64,000 nt of DNA from Lama guanicoe (GCA_013239625.1 MU053557.1:379063-443062), one strand, 5' to 3'; positions 26,450-39,730 are shown, counted from the stretch's first letter. Numbers and translations: made by a program. The notes: generated by a model not told the origin, from the sequence alone.

Positions 26450-26575
26450 TCCAAGTAAGCATGATGATCTCATTTCACAGATGGGGAAACAGGCTCAAAG
26501 GAATGAAATAACACCCCACTTAGTTAAACGGTGAGTAGAGATGGAGCCAGAAACGAAACTTAGCTCAAACATCAT
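26450..26575 (-). mobile_element. MIR relic
   Basis: ctcatttcacagatggggaaacaggctca. Confidence 0.7.
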
Positions 26576-28879
26576 TCGTTTTTCATCATAGGTTCCAACT
26601 GGATAGAACAGTGTTTTTGCTTTTTTGTTTTTTATTTTCAAGGTCTACATACATAAGATTTAAAGGTTATGGCTCCTCTTCTTGGAATCTGAGACAGCTT
26701 TTTCTGCAAGCAATTTTTTAGATGTTCAGTGCAAGTTTGGATTCATTTTATTGGTTCATTTCTTGATGCAATAAATTGTTTTTAATGCAATAAATCTATG
26801 ACCTAGCAGAGGGTTTGAACTCTTTCTATAGTGTCTTCCCTGTGTACATAGAGTTCCACTTACTTAGTTTTTGTTTGTTGATTGATTCATTCATTTGACT
26901 GTTTGCTCTGTGCTTGGCATTGGCCGCCATCCTCTGAGTCTACCCACAAACAAATGTGGAGCCCTCCTCAACTCACCAACATCACTAATCTTTCCACATC
27001 AGGTGTGTTGCCTACACCCTTATGTTAAACGTGTTCCGACCACACTTGATTGTTACATCAACGTGGGCAAAGGTTATCCCCAGAGCAGGTGACGAAGATG
27101 AGGTGAGAAACAAATGCTTTGATCAGAGAAATGGTTTCTAAATAACATTTCTTTCTTCCTTTGATTCCTGTTTAAAACAGAGGGAAAAGGGAAAGAGAGA
27201 AAAACCACAGACAAAAGACATCTTTTCTTTAGCATATTCTTATCCTCCAAAGGATCTTCATAAACATCAAAGTGCCTACACACACTCTATTCCTTAACTG
27301 CCCCTTACGGCACAGTGTTTAGGACACCCAGAATATACAGACGGTGTGATGTGGGTGATGCGCTACAGTCTTAAACAGAGGTTAGTAAAGGGAGCTTCCT
27401 TCTACATTGCTTCAGGGCTCCTCAGTATAACTTTTCCTTGTAGTTTCTATCTAGAAAGTCCATTCAACTTCCTGTCTTGTTGACTCTAAATAGACGCTCA
27501 ACGCCTCCACATTCCTGCCTTTTCATGGTTTCTATCAGTCTTGGTTTGAATGTAAACCTTCACCTGTACTGGTCTTATTTGTCTTTTCAAGAATGGCTTG
27601 CAAGCCTCTCTGTTTTGAGGAGCTTTCTATCTTACTGTTCTGTTCTTTCAAAAGCAAAGAAGAAAATTTTTTTTTCCTGATGCCTCCTTGCTTTCTTTGT
27701 CCTAAAGAGGCAAACCGATTCCTGATTCTGCATTGTGGGTTTTTATTTCAGACAAAATTCAGGAGTAGAACACGGAAGATTTTACAAATTATGTGTGCTC
27801 TTTAATTAACTGACTCCCTAGGTGAATGGAGTACTCTGGTCACTGATGAATTTACTAATGTAACATGTTTACTAAATTCCTACAATGTGCAAGACAGTAT
27901 GCCAAGGTTTAGGGACGAAGTGATGAACAAAGGTTTACATTGCATCGGACCCTCTTCCTCACAGAAGAGGGTGATAGTATCATCAATCACCAATTATCTT
28001 CAGGTATGTGGAATTATTATTTCCTCTGCTACAAAACCACCATTATCTACAACGTGTAGCTGTGGGTGCAATAAAGCTATTTAATAAATGTTTGTTGAAT
28101 GAATAAAGGAATACAGAGCTAGAGAAGCTCTGGGAAAGATCTCTTAAGATGATCTAGAATTAGGAATTTTGGGTAAATGTATATATGAGAAAATAAGTGA
28201 TCAGTGAAGAAAGAGCAAGATTGAGAATACCCAGGATTGATGTTTTTTAAGCAACCAAGGTGCCCAGAGGTGAAAAACAAATGCTCATACAAACTTGTGG
28301 ACCTCTAGAAATAGACCAATTAAATTGCTCAGTGGGCAGGAAGTTATTTTTAGAACAAAAAGAAACAGGAAATAATGCTTTATATGCTGCTTTGCTGATT
28401 TATAGCATTTACTATTCAAGAAGTGACATAAGTTGAAAAGATAAAAATATTCCATGTATACATGGGCCATGTTGAGAATGGATCCAAACCAGTTTGGTCA
28501 CTCACAATCATTATGCTCTTTTTAGAACTAGTAGCCTTAAAAAATGTAGAGGTGGTTCACAGTTAAAGATCTCCTCCTCTACAACTTGGCTACCGGGTTT
28601 AAATTTTAAGTGGTCCAAACCAAGACCTTCCACACATCGAGAATTTATCAAAAAGCAGACTCCAAACGGTTGAGAGCCCATCACTTGAATCCCAATTCTG
28701 CCCTTCTTGCATCACAATTCACAAGAAAGTCTCACTGGACGTAAACCAGTGATACTCTGGAGCCAGCTGTAGTTAACTGTATGGCTGGAATCGTGCAAAC
28801 GGAGTCCTCCAAACTATGGACCGAGTGGACCCAGCATGAGCTGCCATTTTAGAAGGCGCAGATGGGGACTGCCACTTAG

Positions 28880-29700
28880 AACGGAGAGGTTTGTGGTAGC
28901 TGGATTCTCTCACCTGAGTGCAACTTTAAAAAAAGCTAGATAAATTTAAAAATAAAATCTGTTTCAAGGTATCAGAGAGAAACAAAAGTAGTGAAGATGA
29001 GACAGGCTAAGATTCCAGATGGGAACATCCCAGAGACGTGAGCTGAGGAAATGTGACAGCTTTTTCCAAGGGGTGTTTGTCAGTTCTGGGTGTGACCAAG
29101 AGGCTGAACAGCCTATCTGGCTCCAGCAAAACCCCCCAGCTGGGATGGAGGGAGAAGACAGCAGAGACTTTCCATTAGGCAGCCCCAAGGTGACCAAAAC
29201 TGGCCATCTGAACGGCCTCAGCACACAACTCCTGTCCAGTGCGAGACCTTTGCTGAATTCTGAAGCTGTACAGAGCGAAGCTTGGAAGGTAAAGCAAAGG
29301 GGAGTAGCATTTTCCTTAAGCTCATGGTTCTGAGGAGACTTTGAGCTGCTGGGGGAGGGAGTCTGGTTAACAGGAGGTGAACTGCCCTGTCTGCAGCCTC
29401 CTCTGTGCCTTGGCAGACCTGCCAACTCTGGGTGTGGCCAAGAGCTGAGAATCCGGCGTGGCCCAGCAGGGGACCGCAGCTAGGGGATGGGAAACCAGAA
29501 GTGCTGGCTCTCCTGTGAGCCTGGAAGGATGAAACTGGAAAGTTGAGGAGCCTCAAACACACAGCTGGTATCCCTTCAAGGTATCTGTAGGATTCTAGAG
29601 CTTCATGGACTAGGAGACTAAAAGTCAAAAACCTCTGGCAAGCAGAGGAGAATTTTTTGTATTTTGTTAGTACTGAGCAGTCAAAAATCAACCTGGGGAT
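28880..29700 (+). mobile_element. Probable ancient LINE-1 5' region (L1M-type)
   Basis: aagctagataaatttaaaaataaaatctgtttcaaggtatcagagag followed by GA-rich sequence typical of old L1 5' UTRs; recalled similarity only. Confidence 0.4.
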
Positions 29701-30669
29701 GGAGTCCTGGTTGACATGTCAGATTCTCAGTGGAAAGGATGTTCCCATCCCGGGAACAGGAGCAAACCCGAGAGAGACCCAGCCCAACCTCATGTTTGGG
29801 GAGGATGTTGCCTTCAGCCCCAATCTACCTGCCCAGCAGAAGAAAGGTTTGTCTTTCTGGTGGAAGATGACATTGTCTAGAACCTCCAATATGTTTTTAT
29901 GCATAACTCCCGGCATCCAATCAAAATGCAAAGACCCCTGAGGTCAGAAGTTTCTCATACTGTCATGCAAGGATCGACTGTGTCTTGAGAATATTTTCAG
30001 CCAGTTGACATTTTGAACACCCTCATTTCATGAATAAAAATGCCTTTCTGCATCCATCATGCTAATAAGCAAAAAAAAGCTATTGTTGATCAGAGACAGA
30101 GAGAGCTGAAACCCTTGCAGCAGCTCATCTGGGGTGTGGCTCTAATCATTAAACGCTGCCTAACCGCCCTCCAGTTGTGTGCATTTCTGACTAGGATGTG
30201 GACGAACACATATGTATCTACAGTACATCGTCTATGATGTGATGTTTTCAAAGTAAATTATAGATCACGTAATACACCAGAAGCTCCTTGAAATCTGGGA
30301 CTTCGTTAAATTCAACTCTGTGTGCCCAGCTCATTCAGAGCTTAGCACGTATCAGGGATATTGATTGAGTGGATCGATACATTAAGTATACTGGTAAAAT
30401 TACAAATGATGGATGACTCTAGACAATATTTCAAATGTTGAGAGTTCAAACAAGGGGCTGTTAGCTACTTCACACCTCTTCTCCCTAACTCATCATCTGA
30501 ACCCCCTACCATACTCTGCTGTCTCTCTTGGCTCTCATTTCCTGTCTTTGATTGCTGTGCTATCATTTCTGATCCTTTTCCGTGTATTTCCAAAGGCAGC
30601 TGAGCACAGTAGTTGGGAAACCAGCACTCAGGTGTCAGGCAGTCTTTGATCTGCCCTTTACCACTCGTC

Positions 30670-30850
30670 CGACCACCAGCAAGTGACTCAGCTTCTGGTT
30701 CTGACTCCTTCACTAGAAAATGTACCGGTATAGCAATTGTAGCTTTTGCACAAAGTCAGCGCAAGGATTAAATAAGCTGACACCTGTCAAATGCTTACGG
30801 GTGTGCCCTGCACACGGTCACAGTGCAATAAAATGTTAGCCATTATTGTT
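30670..30850 (+). mobile_element. MIR SINE
   Basis: aaggattaaataag...cagtgcaataaaatgttagccattatt. Confidence 0.7.
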
Positions 30851-32194
30851 TTTTTTTGTTGTTGTTGTTCAAGCTTATGCAGTACTCAGTTTGGTATTTT
30901 CAGTCGAGTATCTCTGACATTTACAGGAAGACTGCTCCTCTTAACAGAACAAGGACTCAAGAAACACGAGACTTCAAAAAAAAATGGGAACTTTTACTTG
31001 CAAATTCATATTGCCTCATTTAAAGAAGTTAATTTGAGAGAGTAATACACTGGCCTAAAGATATTTAAAAGACAATTTCCCAGTTTGTTAATATTTTCCC
31101 AGTCTATTTGGGCTTCCAACAGTTTGGGAGCTCTCCCAAAACAGCTCACTGCTTCCTAGCCATGTCTTTTCTTAAAAAAAAAAATCGCTATTTCCAACAG
31201 AATTATCTTTAAACACAAGCTTTAGCTCAAAATGACATTTGCTTTTCTGGAAATAAAATCCAACTTTAAAAGAGGAAGACTTTGTGGAACATACGCTTTC
31301 CATTGTTCCAGATTCTAAGTGCCACTCCCAACGAAAAATTCTTTTAGGAAAGGACTCATTTGCTTGGGGAAGGGTAACACATTAGACCACCTGCCTCCAT
31401 TAAACTGAGATGATAGGAGGTGTGAGGCCATGGGAGTAGACCCCGCATTTGTTATTGGATCTCAGTGTCTCTGCTGTCCAGCTATTGAGCTACTACCATG
31501 GCTGGTACCCGCTCAAGGAACATGGCATGAGGATGATACGCAATTCCCAACAGCCAAGCCAGTAGGTGTACAGGACAGCCTGGACTAAACATCAGTTAGT
31601 TTTCTGATCTCTGAGCAACAGCTCTTAAATGATTTTCAGTGCATACAGCAAAAGTTACGTACAGCCCAAGTCACCCTTGACAGTCCCTCGGGACGATACC
31701 ACGCTGGATAGTAACAAGCCCAACACAGCCAGTTTTCCTCTAGGAATGTCCAAATCCACTCCTGTTTCTTTGAATTACTTCCAGATGAAGTAGTTGGCTT
31801 GTGTTTGGGGGCCGTATTTAAGGAAATATCTTTATCTTTAAACACTGGTAGCACACTCAGTGTGGAGAGATGCCCACGCTGTGTGGGAACTGGTGCCAAA
31901 TGAAAGAGGATCGCATTCACTTTTCCTATCTCTCCTGCACAAAAGCATATGCTGATTGAGCCAGGTGGACAGACAGAATCACCCACACTATTTATACAAT
32001 TTATCATATTTTCTTTTCTCTCATCTTTGGCCTCGGCACACCTTGTGAACTGTATTGGTTGACTGTTAAATTAGATGAATTGAGATGTTCTCTATACAAC
32101 AATCTTTGAAACAATTAATTGCTAAAATCTACTAAATATGTGCCAGGAACTATACTAAATACGCAGTATTTCATATACTCTTGTCTAAAGTTTT

Positions 32195-32365
32195 ATCTTT
32201 TAAATCATACAGTAAAATTGACTTTTTGGTGTACAGTTCTCTGAATTTTGATGCAGGCATACATATATGAAATGCCACTGCAGTCATGATACAAAACAGC
32301 TCCATCACCCCATACAACTCTCTCCTATCTCCTTGTAGTCACATACTTCCCCTACACCTAACCCC
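32195..32365 (-). mobile_element. Short old L1 3'-end fragment, between MIR-like pieces
   Basis: atacagtaaaattgactttttggtgtacagttctctgaattttgatgca matches the L1 end at about 52843-52890. Confidence 0.7.
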
Positions 32366-33634
32366 AAACAGATTCATTGTAACCCAGGCTGTCTAACCCC
32401 AGAGGTCTAGAAACTTTTCACACTGCGGTATGGAAGCAATGCAATCAACAAGACATGTGTCATGGTGTCTTATTAAACCTTGTTGATGCTTTTCAAAGTT
32501 GGGGATATTTAACATGATTCTGAGTTTTGTGAAGAAGCTTGAGGATGACTTCTATTCAAAACAGTGGCAAAAGGGGGCTGAGCAGACAGATTAAAGACAG
32601 TGATTTCAGTTTTCTCTCGAGTGAAAAAAATATTCAGGGCAAAAACAAAGAGAACAACAAACAAGAAAATATGCTCCCTGTGACCTTTACTTCCTTTCTG
32701 CTCTTTCCTCCCACAGGGTAATTTTTTTTTTTTTTTGGACAAGAAAATGCCAGTTCTGAGAGCCATTTTTTTAGATTTGAAAAGGGAAATTTTTTCTGGC
32801 CTCTTTTCCATTTCCTAGGTTTTTCTTTTTCCTTACCGTTGTTGGACTACAGTCTGAGGACAAGTTCTGGGCCCCCCTCCAGGTTTCATGGGGATCCTTA
32901 GTAGTGGTAAAGCTGCAGAAGAATGAAAAGCTCACCACCGAGTCCATTTACAAAGAAGAAAGTTTTAAATATTACATTGAGTTTCTTATAATACATGCAA
33001 ATCACAAGCCTGAAAATATCAACCATTTGCCTGTAATTTGGTTGGATTGTTTTCTGCTGGTGTTTCTTTGTTTGATTGGCACTCGAACTAACCACAGGCA
33101 GTTGATGGTGAGGTGGAAACAGAAGAACGCTCAAGACTCAGATGCTTGACAGGAACCAGTCACCTTTCCTAAGTAGGCAGATTTTCATCTCTGAGAGCAA
33201 GAAAGAATTGCTCGACTTCTCCATCATCCAGCCTACCTTTAGCTCAATCCATTGTCAACTCCCTGCTTCTGAAGGCACTGGCTTTTCTCCCTCGGGTAGC
33301 TTCCTCTCCTCCTACCTACCCAACTCCCCCTCCCATTTGGGAAAGTCCTTCTGTTGTACACAGAGTGTATTTTTAAAACCATATACCGGAACCTCAGTGC
33401 TGCCGGGGAATTCCCCCTGAAAGTGGCGGTATTTGTAAGAGAAGTGCATCAAATGCTGGCTTTTTTTCAGTTTTTCATTACAGATGCCTCCTAGGTCAGA
33501 CAGAATCTTGATTCTGCTTCTATGTCCTTTCTCTGTGGGGCTCGGATATCTTGTTTCCTTCCTGTTATCCATCTCTCCTACCCTGCATCTTCTGCTTCTT
33601 TCAGGCATATTGGTCCAAATCTCTCAGTATCTCT

Positions 33635-34870
33635 GACAGAAAGGTAAAACTGGATCCCTTTCTTACATCAAACATAGACATGGACTCCAGATGCATTTAA
33701 ATGTAAAAGATAAAATGATAAACATAACAGAAGAAAATATAGGAGAATATCTTTGTGACCTACCATGGGAAAGAATTTATTAAACAAAGTATCAAAATAT
33801 TAAAAGTGCAAAAGTATTGATCCATAGGATTACTACAAAAGTGAGAATTTCTGTTCAATGAAAGGCAAAGTTAACAGGCAGATGACAAGATTGGAAAAGG
33901 TACTGGTTCATATCTAAAACTGATAAGGGATTTTTATTCATATTATTTAAGAAATCCTTACACACTATGAAGTAAAAGAAACCCCAGTAGAAGAATGAGC
34001 AATGAATATGAGCAGGCAGTCTGTAGAAGAGTACACCAAAGAGACTCATAGACACTGAGGAGATGCTCAAAATTATCTGTAAATAGGTAAATGCAGGTTG
34101 ATATAATAGTAATGTATCACTTGACTGGAAACGATTAGATAGCAGGATAATGTTAGGATCTGGCATGGATGTAAAGCTGAGAGACCCTTAGGTGTTCTGG
34201 TGTTGCTGACTGGGGAACCATTTGGGGGTATAATTGGGCACTACTTGTCAAACTAAGTATATGTAATTCTATGACCTAGCAATTCTGTTCCAAATGTTTA
34301 TACCAAATAAATTCCCACATAGATCCTTAGGGGGCAATGCAGGAAGATGTGAACTGTGATCTCATCTGTGGTGGCAAAGAGCTGGAGGCAACCTGGATGT
34401 CCATTGTGGAGAAAGCAGGTGGCTACAACGTGATGGATGAGACCACGTGGCTATTAGAGGCAAAGGATTAGACATATATGCAGCGACACAGAGAGACCAT
34501 AAAACATAGTGATCGTGAAAGAAGAAATAGAATAAGGAGGGGAGGATATAGCTCAGTGGTAGAGTGTATGCTTAGCATGCACGAGGTCCTGGGTTTGATT
34601 CCCAGTAAATTAAAACATACATACATACATACATACCTAATTGCCTCCCTCCCCGCCAATTTTAAAAAAATATATTCAAAAATTTTTTAAATAACAAAAA
34701 AGAAACGGAATGAGTTACGATGTAGTATCATTTATGTAAATCTAAAGCACTCATACAAAATATCATTTTGCATATAAAGAAACATAGACACTTTGAATAC
34801 ATTCAACTAGACTGACTGGGGACGTGTGGAAGTAGAAAATGGGAATGAAAGAGAATGAGTAAACACAACA
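33635..34870 (+). mobile_element. Old LINE-1 (L1ME-type) 3' region hosting a SINE
   Basis: agaagaaaatataggagaatatctttgtgacct, ctatgacctagcaattctg, ggaggcaacctggatgtcca. Confidence 0.8.
34537..34699 (+). mobile_element. Vic-1-like SINE with internal (CATA)n
   Basis: A box tagctcagtggtagag and B box ggtttgattccc. TSD aagaaatagaataag (34522-34536) / aagaaacggaatgag (34700-34714). Confidence 0.92.
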
Positions 34871-35284
34871 AGAGAGGAACCTCCCATGGATCAAAACCAA
34901 AGAAGATTATCACCTCCAGCCTCTGTTTCTGAGAGCCACAGTAAATAAAACACAACAAAGTCACTTAGATGTACTTCCACGCTTTCTCCAAAGCAGGCTC
35001 TCAAACCCGGGACATCCTCTCTATCCTCAGTGACGCTTCTCCAGCCCTGAAGAACACTGACCTTGGCCTAGACTGCTAGAAACAAGCTGAGGATGCCCTG
35101 TCTTTCCTCTCAGTCCTGTCGGTGAATTGTCCATGCTGTTGTGACTCTCAGTATATTTGCCTTTACATGATGCACATCTCTCACTGCCTACCTATATCTG
35201 GGTTTCAGGGTTCTAAGTCCCACATATGCAGGTGTCCATGGCAAAATATCCATATTCAGTGGTCCATTTTGCTGCCCTTCTTTT

Positions 35285-35700
35285 TTGTCATAATAGAAAC
35301 AACCTACATTGTCTACCCATAAGCAAATTTGTTAAGTAATTATAGTGCATCCAGACTGTGCAGCTACAAAAAGAAACAAAGACATTCCTAATGCACGGAT
35401 ATAGAATTATCTCGCAGACACATTTTTAAGCAATAAAAAAACCAGTGTGGAAAATAGTGGGAACAATACGCTATGATTTGTTTTAAGGGGGAAAAGAATA
35501 TGCCACCATATTTGCTTGTATGTGTCAACCATCTCAGAAAGGATACATAAGAAATGGACAGGACTGGTTATCATCTTAGAGAACCAGTGACTGGTGGACA
35601 GAGGTAGAGGGAGATTTTCTGCTTTTCCATATCTTTTGAACTTTTGAATTATGTGGATGCATTAACTATTTCAGATTAGTATTTGCAATAAATAAAAATT
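35285..35700 (+). mobile_element. Old L1ME-type 3' fragment
   Basis: aatagaaacaacctacattgtc...aattatagtgcatcca...gaaaggatacataagaaat. Confidence 0.6.
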
Positions 35701-35982
35701 ACAAATTCATAATACTCAAGGATTATGTTTTCAGATTCTCAGTTCATTGGTGTGTAGGTAAACACTAAGTAAATATATTAAAGTTGTGAGAAATATGCTC
35801 TGTATCAATAGTTACCAAATTGCAATGGGGATGAAAAATGCAGAGCTGAATTGAGAAAAAATCCGTATGTCAGAACTTAGGCACCAAATGAGGAATAGCC
35901 CCTTCAATGGTCACCTCTGGAAGAAATACACTCATTTAAATGTAGGCGCTATTGTTGGGTGTATTTTGGATTCCTCTAATAT

Positions 35983-36366
35983 AGGACTTTAAAATTTAGT
36001 GTCCATGGGGTCTACAGATAAAATTCAGGGGACTTGTACACCAGCATGGGAAAAATTATATCTTTATTTTTATTAACCTGTTTATGAAATTTAATATTTC
36101 TTTTAATTATGAAAGCATTAGTAATTCCTATGATCTTGTTGCCAGTAGAAATTAGACATTACACCTAGTTTTTAGAATTTGTTGTTTAATGCATTCATAA
36201 GGAAGAAAATAATATACCATAATTTTTTATATTTTGATAACTGTATTCAATATGATTGGTTCCTTTGTCATCCCATACATTTTATTTTATTCTCTTAAAA
36301 ACATTATTTTGTGATGGAGTCCGGAAGCTTTACCACAACGCCAAAGCACAGAAAGTTAGGTCCTTG
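35983..36366. mobile_element. hAT-Tip100 non-autonomous element, Zaphod/MER115-like
   Basis: gataaaattcagggg...atgggaaaaattatatctttattttt...tattttgataactgtattcaatatgattggtt...aaaaacattatt matches the recalled consensus. Confidence 0.7.
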
Positions 36367-36599
36367 TAAATAGGTCTAAATTTAGGGCAAGAAAACAGCC
36401 ATAATAATTTATGACCATATGTTCTTTTTTGGAAAAAAAATTCTTTAACGTTTTGGCTAATTGCAAAGATCAAATGTACTCTGAAAGGATAAGGATATGC
36501 CACCACTGGAAATATTTTGGAGAAAGTTCCAACAACAGAGATTGAGTTTTATATCCAGAATTACCAGGCCCTCATATCATATCTCATCCTCTAACATGC

Positions 36600-37015
36600 A
36601 AATAATTCACTCATTTAGTAAATATTTGTTGAGGGGCCACTAGATACCAGGCACCAGGGTAAGCATGGAGCAAAGTATAATAAGCAGGACATACATTGTA
36701 CCTACCAACCCCGATGGAGGTGATGTTACAATGGAAGGAATCACCCACAAAAAAATGCTAATAAATCAATCAGATACATCAGATATTTACGAGTTCTATG
36801 ATGGAAATGAAGCAGGACAGTATTCTAACCTAAAGAGCAAGAAGAAGTAACATGGTGACCAGGAGGTTTGTTCTGGCATCACACTCCCTCAGTTCAAATC
36901 CTGGCTCCACGCCCCTCTGGCTCTGTGACCTTGACCTAGCTACACAGTCTCTAATTCCCAACTTATGTTATATATAAAACTAGCATATTCACATCACCAA
37001 CTTCAAAGGGTTTTT
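36600..37015. mobile_element. L2 fragment (minus) followed by MIR (plus)
   Basis: ttcactcatttagtaaatatttgttgag (L2 end); gttcaaatcctggctcc...ctgtgaccttga (MIR head). Confidence 0.7.
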
Positions 37016-37033
37016 TTTTAGAGAACCTAGCCA

Positions 37034-37406
37034 TTTCTCACTTACATGTGGAATTCAAAAAAAAAAAAAGGATACAAATTGACCTATTTACAAAACAGAA
37101 ACAGACAGACATAGAGAAGAAATTTATGGTTACCAGAGGGGTAAATGGGATGGGAAAGGATAAATTGGGAGTTTGAGATTTGCAGATACTAACAACTATA
37201 CATTAAACAGACAAATAACTAATTTATTCCCTGTATAGCACAGGGAACTATATTCACTATCTTGTAGTAACCTGTAATGAAAAAGAATATGAAAAGGAAT
37301 ATATGTATGTATACATATGACTGAAACATTATGCTGTACACTGGAAATTGACACAACATTGTAAACAGACTCTACTTCAATAAAAATAAATCACTAATTA
37401 AAAAAA
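37034..37406 (+). mobile_element. 5'-truncated artiodactyl-type LINE-1 with TSD
   Basis: cacttacatgtggaat...ctgtatagcacagggaactatattc...acaacattgtaa...acttcaataaaa. Perfect 12-bp TSD agaacctagcca (37022-37033 / 37407-37418). Confidence 0.93.
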
Positions 37407-37809
37407 AGAACCTAGCCACTCCTAACATCTCCCTAAGAACCAAGCACAGAATTTGGAAGAATTTAGTATTCTTAAAGAATTTTCTTTCTTGGCATTGTAT
37501 AAAAAATCTAAATACATTAAAGTCTAAGGGTTGCCCTGTAATTTTTTTCAAACACACCCAACAGCACAGATTGAAATGAAAGCAACAGAAGAACTAGTTT
37601 CAACGTTGCTATTGTTTGCTACCATATCCTGTGAGAACATGGTCCTGGGTGACTGAGAAAAATTAACGAGGGAAATTATGCCAGAGCTGATGGAGAAGGA
37701 AAGATAGGTATAATTTCTGGCAGGCAGAGATATTTCTAAGTTAAAAAAATTGTGTAATTGGGAGATCATCTCAAGAGGAGGGGAGATGGGTCCCCTGGCA
37801 GAGCGAGGT

Positions 37810-38270
37810 TCTTTATTCAACATTTATTGGAAGAACACTAAATGCAACGAACATACAGAGTGAACAAAGCTGACAAGTTCCTTCCCTTGTGGAGCCTGTG
37901 TTCCGACGGGGAAGATAGATAATAATAAGTACAAACACGTTCAGCAACTGATGAGTGAATAAAGAGCGTTTCAGGCAGTATGAATTGCTCTGAAGAGAAT
38001 ACACCAGGTAGTGGGATAGACAACGACAATAAAGGAGTTTGGAGGAATTTAAAGCAAGGAGTGAGCAAGCTCACCCACGTATTTAAAGGCCACCTTGGCT
38101 TCTATGTGGGTAAAGTATTGGGCAGTGATAAGAACGGAAGCAGGGAGACTCCACCAGCAGGAGGTACTTCGGTGGACCCTGGGAGAGGTGATGGTACCTT
38201 GGATCAAATGGGTGGGGATGCAGACGAGAGAGGCAGGTGGAGAGATGAGTCAGCTGAAACAGGAAAAGCA
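37810..38270 (-). mobile_element. L2 fragment
   Basis: ttattcaacatttattg...cccttgtggagcct...tttaaaggccaccttggcttctatgtgg. Confidence 0.7.
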
Positions 38271-39494
38271 GGCACAAAGGTGACCAGAACAAAGGGTAAC
38301 AGAATGGGAGTTTACAGCGGAAAGAACACTTGCAGATCATTCTGGTCCAACCCCTAAATTTCTGCAGATGAGAAAACCACATCCCAGGAAGGCGAGGCGG
38401 CTTCCCCATCATCTCAGAAGCACGACCAGTCTCTGAGTCTCCTGACCTCACCTTCAGGACTCCTTCTATCACCCCATGCTGCAAAACCAGACCCCAAACA
38501 GGAGCAAGCACGCAGGGAAGAAGGACAAGAAAAGGGAGGGAATGAGGAAGAGGGAGAAAGGGAGGGCAAGGGGCAGCAAAGGGCCAGGATGGAAGTCAAT
38601 CAAGATGAGGGAGAAGAAAATGACGGCGGGTGAATTAAAGGATGGGCGCCAGCAGGGGAGGGGAGCGAGGAGGAGGAGGCGGGGACCTTGTTGCTGGGAG
38701 TAGTTAGGGCTGATGGTTTCTCGCTGAGGTTTGGCTGAACAGACCGTCGCCTGGCTCATCACAGCTGTCGGGGCACCAGCGGCAGCAGTTGGAGCAGCTG
38801 CCCGCGCCACCTGAGCCACGGGAACAACGGCGAGGGGAGCCCAGATGGGCAGGAAGCTGCCCTGGGTCAGAGCCAGGCTGCCTGGATCACGGTGTTCTTA
38901 CCCACCTCATGGGATCTTCCCAAGGCAGCCCAGAGACCAGGCATGTCCTTCACCGTAACTGTCATCAGCACCGCATCACCATCGTCAGTCAGTGCTGTCA
39001 CCCTGCTACCAGTCTCCTGGGTCAGGCAACGTGCTGCGGGCTTCACGGGCACGTCTCTCTTTCATCTGCACAAAAACATCTAACAGAGGTATTACCTCCC
39101 CTGGTTTGCAGATAAAGAACCTAAGGCTTAAGTAACTTGCATGACACCATCTCAGAGGCAGGAAGTGGCAGAAAGACTCTGCTATCAATTGTTTTAAGGA
39201 AACCCAGAGTGCTGGGCAGACTTTGCAAGAGGTGTGGGTGATGGGCACTGAAGACGTCCGGTTCCTTTTCACTTCCCACAGGTGGAGGATGCTTGGACTG
39301 GGAAGACGGGGCTGATGGGGCCAGGAGAACCTTTGCTCTTCCCACCTCCTGACCGGTTCCCTCAGGCAACCCCTCCCCTGAATAAATGCCCAGTTCCAGT
39401 TACACAGGCAGCTCGCAGAACACAAACTGAAACTTCTTTTCGAGTTTTTATGCTGTTCCGTTGTTTATAATGTATAAGTACTGGCCTTCTCCTT

Positions 39495-39730
39495 TTCCTT
39501 CAAGGCCCTTTCAAATGTCATCCCTTCCGTGAAAAGTTCACTTCTCTTTAGGCAAAATAAATCACTCCATCCTTGGTGCCTTCACAGTCTTGCATTTTGG
39601 TTTGAGGCACTTGTCTGCCTCCATCATAGCTTTGCCTTCTTGAGGAAAGGAACCGTGTTTTAATCATCTCTGTATCCTTGGCACCTAACACAGTGCTTGG
39701 CGCAGTGGAAAGTCAATAATTTTAACTAAA
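39495..39730 (+). mobile_element. L2 3' fragment
   Basis: ttcaaatgtcatcccttccgtgaa...tcatctctgtatcc...gcacctaacacagtgcttggc. Confidence 0.7.

Noticed and set aside
28964..29691. Two long overlapping minus-strand ORFs (153 and 157 aa)
   Set aside because: No recognisable domain; they lie in a probable old L1 5' region whose composition favours stop-poor antisense frames.
34545..34610. tRNA gene (also 51312-51372 and the two minus-strand copies)
   Set aside because: The A and B boxes belong to SINE heads, which have A-rich tails and TSDs; I could not fold a proper cloverleaf.
38469..38819. Ala/Pro-rich ORF with a hydrophobic tail
   Set aside because: Explained by GC-rich and purine-tract composition; non-ATG start and no recognised homology.
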